A stretch of DNA of 14,860 nt from Myxococcota bacterium (lineage in GTDB: Bacteria; Myxococcota; XYA12-FULL-58-9; JALHOP01): the NCBI GenBank assembly GCA_041288095.1, contig JBGGMJ010000003.1, positions 1 to 14,860 of the forward strand. Reading direction: 5' to 3'. A model generated the notes under the pieces. That model was not told the DNA's origin, made no database searches, and worked only from the letters and a program-made list of their open reading frames with translations. A program made the translations under genes and the position numbers. How positions within the stretch are numbered: position 1 is the stretch's first letter; each line of letters begins with the position of its first letter. Positions 7,413 through 14,860 of the stretch are shown here, piece after piece.

Positions 7413-7954
7413 GATTTCTCCACGGCGGCCGCCACCATCGCGGGGCCAGTTTCTACTGCGAGGTGCGACCACTTGGTGTCTTTGGTGAGGCGCGCGAGGT
7501 AGCCAGCGAACAGGCCACCAACGGCTGCTGTCGCCAAGGCCGCGGGCGAGCCTGCGATGCTCCCCACGAGCAAAGCGACCGGCGGGGTGCCCATGATGAA
7601 GGCCTGGAGCGCCGTCGCTTCGCAGGCGATCTTCGATCGCAACGACCCATCGCGGACATCGGCGACGAGCTCTTTGGCGGCACGGTAAGCAGCGAGGGTC
7701 TGGGGAATGGCGAAGCCCAGACCAATGGCGGCGACGACGCCCGCTAGAGCGGCGAAAGGGAGTGGGTCTTGCGTGTGGGCCAGGGCCCGGACAGCCAGGT
7801 CGGCTGCGAACGCGGGTGCCATGTAGCAGATGCTTGCTTTGATGCTGGGCGTAACGACCCGCATCGTGGCGTCGCTTGCCTTCTTGTCGAGCTCCGCAAG
7901 GACGCGCTCGGCAACCGTTGGCGCGATGGGCGGGCGAGGGGCGATGACCGTCAT
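7409..7954 (-). CDS. Hypothetical membrane protein (181 aa), paralog A
   Basis: ATG 7954 (MTVIAPRPP), GAGGA upstream; about 4 hydrophobic segments; collinear similarity to the downstream ORF. The longer ORF-track start overlaps the divergent gene. Confidence 0.7.
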   Translation of the reverse strand: MTVIAPRPPIAPTVAERVLAELDKKASDATMRVVTPSIKASICYMAPAFAADLAVRALAHTQDPLPFAALAGVVAAIGLGFAIPQTLAAYRAAKELVADVRDGSLRSKIACEATALQAFIMGTPPVALLVGSIAGSPAALATAAVGGLFAGYLARLTKDTKWSHLAVETGPAMVAAAVEKS

Positions 7955-7986
7955 GAAGTCGTCCAATGTCCTCAGTCGTGTGCTCT

Positions 7987-8019
7987 CGGTATCGCCGCGC
8001 TGGCCGAACCGGTGCCAAG
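7987..8019 (-). promoter_or_regulatory. Putative alternative-sigma promoter CTTGGCACC-N16-CGATACCG (copy 2)
   Basis: Matches 3399-3431 in both boxes and in spacer length; ends 32 nt before ATG 7954. Confidence 0.5.
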
Positions 8020-8084
8020 CGCGGCGGTGACCAGGCCGGGCCGCCAGTGAGATCTCGGTCACAATCGGTGGTATGCCGTTGCCC

Positions 8085-8504
8085 ATGCGCGCTGCATTCA
8101 TGGGCCTGGCCGCCGACCTTCCAGATGGTTGGAACGACGAATCGACGATGACGTTCACCATCCCGCCAATCGACGTAGGGCAGGGACAAGCGCTCTCACC
8201 CGGCAACGTGGTCATCAATTGGGTCGACGGCAGCAACGCCGAGCCCGAGGACTACCTCGCCGACCTCCACAAGCAGTTCGCCGCGGCTTTCGACAACTTC
8301 GAGGTTCTCGAAGAAGGGGAGCTCGCCCCTTCCGTGCCGTTCATGCGCTTCCAGTTCGAGGCGGGGCGCGACCTGCAACAAATGCTCGCGGTTCGCAGGG
8401 TCGGCTCCCGCATGGTCATCGTCACCGGGACGGCGATGGGGGAATACTTCGACCGCTACCGCGACCAGTTCGCCGGCATTGCTTGCTCCGTGAAGAGCGC
8501 CTGA
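8085..8504 (+). CDS. DcrB-related / DUF1795 (Mog1p/PsbP-like fold) protein
   Basis: Pattern LPDGWNDESTMTF...NVVIN...YLADLHKQFAAAFDNFEVL...LQQMLA...MVIVTGTA...FAGIACSV is typical of DUF1795/PsbP-like proteins. Alternative start 8073. Confidence 0.7.
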   Translation: MRAAFMGLAADLPDGWNDESTMTFTIPPIDVGQGQALSPGNVVINWVDGSNAEPEDYLADLHKQFAAAFDNFEVLEEGELAPSVPFMRFQFEAGRDLQQMLAVRRVGSRMVIVTGTAMGEYFDRYRDQFAGIACSVKSA

Positions 8505-9397
8505 CGCGCACTCCTTCGGCGCCTGAGCAGAAGGGCAACCACCACGAGCATGCTCCACGACGCCGCGACCGCGTTACAGCCGCCGCCGAGGTCGCCGCTC
8601 GCCGATTGAGCGCTGATGCGGACGATCGCCTCCGTCGTCGCCGAGTCGGGTGGCGCGCAGTTGCCGCATGACGGCGTCGGCGGGCTGCAGTAGCCGTTCT
8701 CGGCATCCGCGGGATACTTGAAGGTGACGGCGCCGGCGTCGTCGCACGCGAGGTCGCGCTTCTCGGTCTCGCCGGGGACGGCGCGTGCCGCCATCGTCGC
8801 GCGGGGGAACGCGCTCGAGGTGTGCGCCAAGCCCAAGAAGTGGCCGATCTCGTGGACCGCGGTGTTCTTCAGGTCCATGGAGACATCGTCGTCGGCGATG
8901 GTGAAATCGAACACGGTGCTGTTGAACTCGATGTCCGCGTCGAGGATTTCGCCGCTCACCGGATCGTAGGTCGTGGTGGTGAGGGCAATGACGTTGTTTT
9001 CTGCGCTGTTCCATCCGCTATCGCGGAAGATGAGCAAGTTCTCGGTCGCCGCGGGGTCGAAGTAGTCGTAGCCGACGCGATCGGTGGTGGATAACGCGGT
9101 CTCGACGAAAGCCAGGTCGACGTCGGTCGTGAGGCCGCAGTCGGGGGCGTCGGCGCCGAGCTCGAGTCCCGCCCAGACCGCGAAGGACGCGCGCAACACG
9201 TCACGCTCGGCATCGCCGGGGATATCCTCGGTGCCGGCCGCGAATAGGGTGAACGCGATGGTCCGCGAGAACCACGCGAGCGATGCCCCTTCGACGCCGC
9301 TCGTGGTGTTGACGCGCGCACAGTTGAAGGCCCGCGCCACTCCCGGCGTCGCCATACAGCCGGCGGCGACGAGCAATAGCCCGACGCTACGGAGCAC
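8456..9397 (-). CDS. Matrixin (M10-like) zinc metalloprotease with MYXO-CTERM sorting signal (myxosortase-dependent type)
   Basis: Signal peptide ending VARA, GEILDADIEFN, zinc motif HEIGHFLGLAH, Met-turn ATM, LACDD...YP; C-terminal GGGC + hydrophobic helix + RRRR. GTG start at 9397 overlaps the upstream stop. Confidence 0.88.
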   Translation of the reverse strand: MLRSVGLLLVAAGCMATPGVARAFNCARVNTTSGVEGASLAWFSRTIAFTLFAAGTEDIPGDAERDVLRASFAVWAGLELGADAPDCGLTTDVDLAFVETALSTTDRVGYDYFDPAATENLLIFRDSGWNSAENNVIALTTTTYDPVSGEILDADIEFNSTVFDFTIADDDVSMDLKNTAVHEIGHFLGLAHTSSAFPRATMAARAVPGETEKRDLACDDAGAVTFKYPADAENGYCSPPTPSCGNCAPPDSATTEAIVRISAQSASGDLGGGCNAVAASWSMLVVVALLLRRRRSARQALFTEQAMPANWSR

Positions 9398-9863
9398 GAA
9401 CGAGCCCCCGCACACGGCTCTCGAAGCTCGGCAAGTCGACCGCTTCCAGGCGGGCGGCTCGGAGGTCTCCGCGATCGCGGACACGAAAGGCGCCTTGCTC
9501 GAGCGCGATAGGCCGGTAGCCGGCGAGGTCGTCGTCGTAGCGCAAGAAAAGAACCGTGTGGTCGCCCTCTTCGACGACGGCTTCGCCATCGACGCGCTGG
9601 CCGATGCCGTCGACGATGCCGCCACGCAGGATGATGCTCACCGAGCGCGCACGCTCGTCACCTTTCCACACGCCGCGCACGCGGACCTCGATGCGCGTGA
9701 AGATGCGGCCATCGATGCGGAAGCTCTGTCCGGGGCCCGCGTCACCTTCGACGACGAGCTCGGCGTTGCGCGCCAGGGCCTCGAGGCTCACGGGCAAGGC
9801 GCGAGTCGCCCCGACCGGCCGCGCGAGCAGCAGGAGCAGGGCTACGCCGAGGCATGTTTTCAT
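9387..9863 (-). CDS. Exported protein, TIMP-like/OB-fold-like domain often associated with matrixins
   Basis: Signal peptide; pattern LEALARNAELVVEG...IFTRIEVRVRGVWKG...GGIVDGIGQRVDGEA...GDHTVLFL; coupled to both neighbours. Confidence 0.7.
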   Translation of the reverse strand: MKTCLGVALLLLLARPVGATRALPVSLEALARNAELVVEGDAGPGQSFRIDGRIFTRIEVRVRGVWKGDERARSVSIILRGGIVDGIGQRVDGEAVVEEGDHTVLFLRYDDDLAGYRPIALEQGAFRVRDRGDLRAARLEAVDLPSFESRVRGLVRAP

Positions 9864-11032
9864 CCCGCGAGGTGCGCGCTCGCGACCAGCGCTTGCGAGA
9901 TGTCGTCCAGGAGATCTTGGACATCCTCGATGCCGACCGACAGACGAATGAACCCGTCGTCGATGCCGAGCTTCTTGCGCGTCTCGAGCGGCACGGAAGC
10001 ATGCGTCATGATGGCTGGGTGCTCGATGAGCGACTCGACGCCGCCGAGCGACTCCGCCAACGCGAAGATCTTGAGCGACTTCAGAAACGCCCGGGCCCGC
10101 GGCAGGCCGCCTTTGACGACGCAGGAGATCATGCCGCCGTAACCCTTCATCTGCTTCTGGGCGATGGCGTGTTGCGGGTGCGAGGGCAGGCCCGGGTAGT
10201 AGACCTTCTCGATGTCCGAGCTCTCAGCCAGGTAAGCCGCGACCCGGCGGCCGTTCATGTCGTGCGCCTTCATGCGCACGTGCAACGTCTTGGTACCGCG
10301 CAAGACCAACCACGAGTCCCACGGACCGGGCACCGCGCCGATGGCGTTCTGCAGGAACTTCAGACGCTCGCCGAGCTCCTTGTCGCTGGTGCAGGCAAAA
10401 CCACCCACGACGTCCGAATGGCCGTTCAGAAATTTCGTGGTCGAGTGCATGACCAGGTCGGCGCCGAGCTTGAGCGGCTGCTGCATGGCCGGCGAGCAGA
10501 AGGTGTTGTCGACGAAGACCTTGACCCCGCGCTTGTGAGCGACGCCCGCGATGGTCTCGATGTCGATGACCTTGAGCATTGGATTGGTGGGCGTCTCGAG
10601 CCAAACAACCTTGGTTTCCGGGCGGATGGCCGCCGCGAAAGCCTTCTCGTCGGTCAGGTCGACATACGAGAATGAAAGGCCCATGTGGCGCAGCACCTTG
10701 TCGAAGAGGCGGAAGGTGCCGCCGTACACGTCGTCGCCGCAAACGACGTGATCTCCAGCCTTTAGCGTGTGCATGATGGTCGTCGTCGCCGCGAGACCAC
10801 TGGCGAAGGCAACGCCTAGCGAAGCGCCTTCGAGCGCCGCCAAGTTGTCCTCCAAGGCGTAGCGCGTGAGGTTGTGCGTTCGGCTGTACTCGAAGCCTTT
10901 ATGCTCGCCCGGGCCGTCCTGGACGTAGGTCGAGGTCTGGTAAACCGGCGTCATGATGGCGCCAGTGACGGGGTCCGGCTTTTGGCCGGCGTGAATCGCG
11001 AGAGTATCGAAGCGCATGGTGCGCGGTGTCAT
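9860..11032 (-). CDS. Cystathionine gamma-synthase/gamma-lyase (Cys/Met metabolism PLP-dependent enzyme, MetB/MccB-like)
   Basis: FDTLAIHAGQ, PVYQTSTY, YSR, FASGLAA, DVYGGT, ETPTNP, DNTF, PLP-lysine motif HSTTKFLNGHSDV, AESLGGVESL, IRLSVGIE. Start at 11032 or 11017. Confidence 0.95.
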   Translation of the reverse strand: MTPRTMRFDTLAIHAGQKPDPVTGAIMTPVYQTSTYVQDGPGEHKGFEYSRTHNLTRYALEDNLAALEGASLGVAFASGLAATTTIMHTLKAGDHVVCGDDVYGGTFRLFDKVLRHMGLSFSYVDLTDEKAFAAAIRPETKVVWLETPTNPMLKVIDIETIAGVAHKRGVKVFVDNTFCSPAMQQPLKLGADLVMHSTTKFLNGHSDVVGGFACTSDKELGERLKFLQNAIGAVPGPWDSWLVLRGTKTLHVRMKAHDMNGRRVAAYLAESSDIEKVYYPGLPSHPQHAIAQKQMKGYGGMISCVVKGGLPRARAFLKSLKIFALAESLGGVESLIEHPAIMTHASVPLETRKKLGIDDGFIRLSVGIEDVQDLLDDISQALVASAHLAG

Positions 11033-11115
11033 AGCGAGCCCGACCCCCAGTTTGCAACCTGGGGCAAATTGCACCACTTGGCTCCGGCAACGCGTACGCT
11101 ATAACCGTTTGACGG

Positions 11116-11823
11116 ATGCTCAATGTCACGGCCATTCCAGTGTTGTCGGACAATTACGTCTGGATCCTCGAAAAAGACGGACGTTGTGCCGTCGTCGACC
11201 CCGGCGAGCTCGAGCCGGTGCAGAAATACGTCAAAGCAAACCGTCTGAAGGTCGAGACGATTCTGCTGACGCACCATCACGGTGACCACGTCGCCGGGGT
11301 CATCGGTCTCGCCGGCTCCGAAGTCGACGTCTACTCTTCGACGAGCGACCTGCGCCGTATCGCCGGTGTCACCCGAGGTGTGAGCGACGGCATGACCATC
11401 ACCGTGTTGGACACCACGTTCACCGTCATGGAGACGCCGGGGCACACCGTGGGAGCTGTTTGCTATCACGGAGCGGGCCTGGTCTTCACCGGCGACACGA
11501 TGTTCTCCGCGGGTTGCGGCCGACTCTTCGAAGGCACGCCACAAGAGATGTTCGACTCGCTGCGCCGGCTGGGCGAGCTCCCCGAAGCGACCAAGCTCTA
11601 CTGTGGGCACGAGTATACTGAAAAGAATCTCGCCTTCGCGGCTACCGCCGAGCCCGCGAACACCGCCGTACCGAAGCGCCTTGCGGAGGTGCAAGCGCTG
11701 CGAGCCACGGGCACGCCGTCGTTGCCGTCGACCATCGCCATCGAGCGCGCGGTAAATCCCTTCTTGCGCTCACCCGACCTCGCGACGTTTACAGCCCGTC
11801 GAAAAGCCCGTGACGCATTCTGA
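11116..11823 (+). CDS. gloB: Hydroxyacylglutathione hydrolase (glyoxalase II)
   Basis: DNYVW, VDPG, THHHGDHVAG, TPGHT, FTGDTMFSAGCGRLFEG, YCGHEYT..NL.FA, PSTI..E..VNPFLR. Confidence 0.95.
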   Translation: MLNVTAIPVLSDNYVWILEKDGRCAVVDPGELEPVQKYVKANRLKVETILLTHHHGDHVAGVIGLAGSEVDVYSSTSDLRRIAGVTRGVSDGMTITVLDTTFTVMETPGHTVGAVCYHGAGLVFTGDTMFSAGCGRLFEGTPQEMFDSLRRLGELPEATKLYCGHEYTEKNLAFAATAEPANTAVPKRLAEVQALRATGTPSLPSTIAIERAVNPFLRSPDLATFTARRKARDAF

Positions 11824-12277
11824 GCTCAGCCTAAGCCCTCTCGACGGCGCGGACGTTCCGACGTTCGCCGCGATGGTCGTCCGTCTCTACGTCGATGATC
11901 CGAGCAGCACGGTCATGACCGTGGAGCGGGCTACCGCTCAAGCGACGCGCATGCTGCGCGAGCCCGAGCGCGTCTCGCCGTTCATCCTGCGCCGTGGAGC
12001 CGACGTGGTGGGCTACATGGTGCTCGTGCCGTTCTTTTCGAACGAGTACGGAGGCATCGTCGGCGTCGTCGACGAGCTCTTCGTGCTCGCCGATTGGCGC
12101 GGCAAGGGCATCGGTGGTCAGGCGCTGGCGCTCGCCAAGTCCGTCGCCACCGAGCGCGGCTGGGTGCGCCTCAGCCTCGAGACCAACGCCGCCAACGCTC
12201 GGGCCCGCGTGCTCTACGAGCGTCAGGGCTTCACGGCCTTGACGCGGGTCACCATGACGGTCGACCTCAAGACGTGA
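11810..12277 (+). CDS. GNAT family N-acetyltransferase
   Basis: VDELFV..WRGKGIG acetyl-CoA motif and N..AR.LYERQGF; GTG start overlaps the end of gloB. Confidence 0.9.
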   Translation: MTHSELSLSPLDGADVPTFAAMVVRLYVDDPSSTVMTVERATAQATRMLREPERVSPFILRRGADVVGYMVLVPFFSNEYGGIVGVVDELFVLADWRGKGIGGQALALAKSVATERGWVRLSLETNAANARARVLYERQGFTALTRVTMTVDLKT

Positions 12278-12976
12278 GCTGGCGGATCGCCGTCGCGAAG
12301 GTCGTGGTCACCAAGAGCTGCAGGGCGCTCCAGCGGACCGGGTGCCGCCGCGGGTACTTTTGGTTCACCTCGAGCTCGATGCCGGCGTAGCGGTCGCGCG
12401 GGAAGGTGTTGCGCAGGCTCGTCGTGAGACCGTCACCGTCGCCGCGATAGGGCTCATTGTCGTGCACCGCGTAGTCCGTTTTGGTGGACAACAAGGCGCT
12501 GCGCCAGCGCTCGCAGACGGAGGTTTCGAAGGTGTGCGTTGGATCGAAGAGCAACCCTATATCGGTGGCGCGCACCTTGCCGCGTAGCTCGGGTGTGAAG
12601 CTGTGCACGGAGAGATGCACGACGCGCACGTTGGTGTTCAGCAGGCGCTCCACTTCGGCCTTCACCGAGTCGCGATAGGGCCGGTAGTGCTCGGTCAGCA
12701 GGCGCTGGCGCCCGTCGGGTGTGAGCGGGCTGAACGGCGAAAACAAGGTCGGGCTCTCTTCGGAGCGATTGCAGTCGATGAGCAAGCGCGACACGCTCTG
12801 CGCGTAGAGTCGCACGCCGAGCGTCGTCGCGAAGGCCTGCGCTAGCGCATGCGCGCCGGGGTCGTAACCGCGATGGCTGCCGAGCGTCTGCTTGCTCGCG
12901 CGGAAGCTGGCCGAGAAAATCTGAGGTACTTCATTGCCCGCATGCTCACACGAGAGCACGAGGCCGACTTGTCCCA

Positions 12977-12980
<4 letters not shown>
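12267..12980 (-). CDS. N-formylglutamate amidohydrolase family protein
   Basis: SCEHAGN.VP, HRGYDPGA, SRLLIDCNRS, HLSVHSFTP, DIGLLFD, NEPY, GIELEVNQ; ATG 12980 overlaps the upstream stop (ATGA). Confidence 0.9.
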
Positions 12981-14202
<1,222 letters not shown>

Positions 14203-14206
<4 letters not shown>

Positions 14207-14860
14207 AGACGTGCGCTCCGATCGGTGCGCGCCTCGAGCCTGCGGATGAACACGTCGATGAGGCGGCCGTAGAGGCTCTCCTTGCCGACCGAGTCCTCGT
14301 AGCCCGCGTCGATGTTCGGGTTGTCGTTGATCTCGATGACCACGAACTTGTTGTCGCCGAGCTGCTTCACGTCGACACCGTAGAGACCGTCGCCGATGAG
14401 GTTCGCGGCGCCCACCGCCACGCGAATGAGCTCGTGCGGCGCGTCTTCGATGGGCACGCACTCGACGCGCCCGAAGTCCTTGTCGCCGTCGTCTTCGTTC
14501 TTGATGATCTGCCAGTGGCGGCGCGCCATGAAGTACTTGCAGACGAACAGCGGCTTTTTGTCGAGGACGCCGACGCGCCAGTCGAACTCGGTCGGGATGT
14601 ACTCCTGCGCGATGACCAGCTCGCTCTTCTCGAGGTAGTCCTCGACGACGGACACCAGCCGGTCCTTGGTCTCGACCTTCACGACGCCTTGCGAGAACGA
14701 GCTGTCGGGCTGCTTGAGCACGCAGGGGAGACCGAGCGTCTTCTGGATCTGCGAGATGTTGTCGTCGTGCACGACCAGCGTCTTGGGCGTCGGGATCTGG
14801 TGCCGCGCCAAGAGCTCGGCCAGATAGACCTTGTTGGTGCAACGCAGGATCGAATGTGGA
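14203..14860 (-). CDS. RimK-like ATP-grasp ligase, C-terminal part (5' end outside the window)
   Basis: Frame stays open to the window edge: PHSILRCTNKVYLAELLARHQIPTPKT...PCVLKQPDSSFSQGVVK...AQEYIPTEFDWRVGV...GLYGVDVK...VIEINDNPNIDAG. Confidence 0.9.

Noticed and set aside
8003-8018. Sigma54 promoter reading of TTGGCACCGGTTCGGC (minus strand)
   Set aside because: GG-N10-GC spacing fits, but the -12 box lacks TTGC and the second motif copy at 3399 does not keep the spacing; the shared CGATA box explains both copies better. Not fully excluded.
6858-8189. 443-aa ORF as a single gene
   Set aside because: The N-terminal ~260 aa are Arg/Pro-rich off-frame translation overlapping two better genes; the credible start is ATG 7412 with an RBS.
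9140-9397. Lipobox (VAAGC) or MMP cysteine switch (PDCG) in the metalloprotease
   Set aside because: The lipobox is non-canonical and an A-x-A signal peptidase I site follows; PDCG lies inside the catalytic domain, not in a propeptide.

Overview
GC-rich bacterial chromosomal segment, most likely Myxococcota/deltaproteobacterial (MYXO-CTERM-type surface metalloprotease). Left to right: two translationally coupled GT-C-type membrane glycosyltransferases (one PIG-B/GT22-like, cut by the window edge), a TPR protein, a small ORF coupled to a YciO-like Sua5/YrdC protein, and an orphan 116-aa ORF. Next is an operon of a ParA ATPase with two TRASH/MYM-like zinc fingers, a ribbon-helix-helix partner and a degenerate NCS1-like permease. 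Then come a tandem pair of paralogous ~180-aa hydrophobic proteins divergent from a DUF1795/DcrB-like protein, and a matrixin-type protease with a TIMP-like partner downstream of a Cys/Met PLP enzyme. The window ends with gloB, a GNAT, and the 3' part of a RimK-like ATP-grasp / GCS2 ligase / N-formylglutamate amidohydrolase operon. I saw no rRNA, tRNA, CRISPR array or mobile element. Three observations stand out. (1) A bipartite motif CTWGGCACC-N16-CGATAMCG lies upstream of both orphan loci, a possible alternative-sigma regulon of secreted-substrate-like proteins. (2) The zinc-finger ParA-RHH module has a palindromic operator candidate and a ~31-bp leader hairpin. (3) The paralogous membrane pair sits next to an Eag-like chaperone. 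All family calls are by motif recognition; no searches were run.
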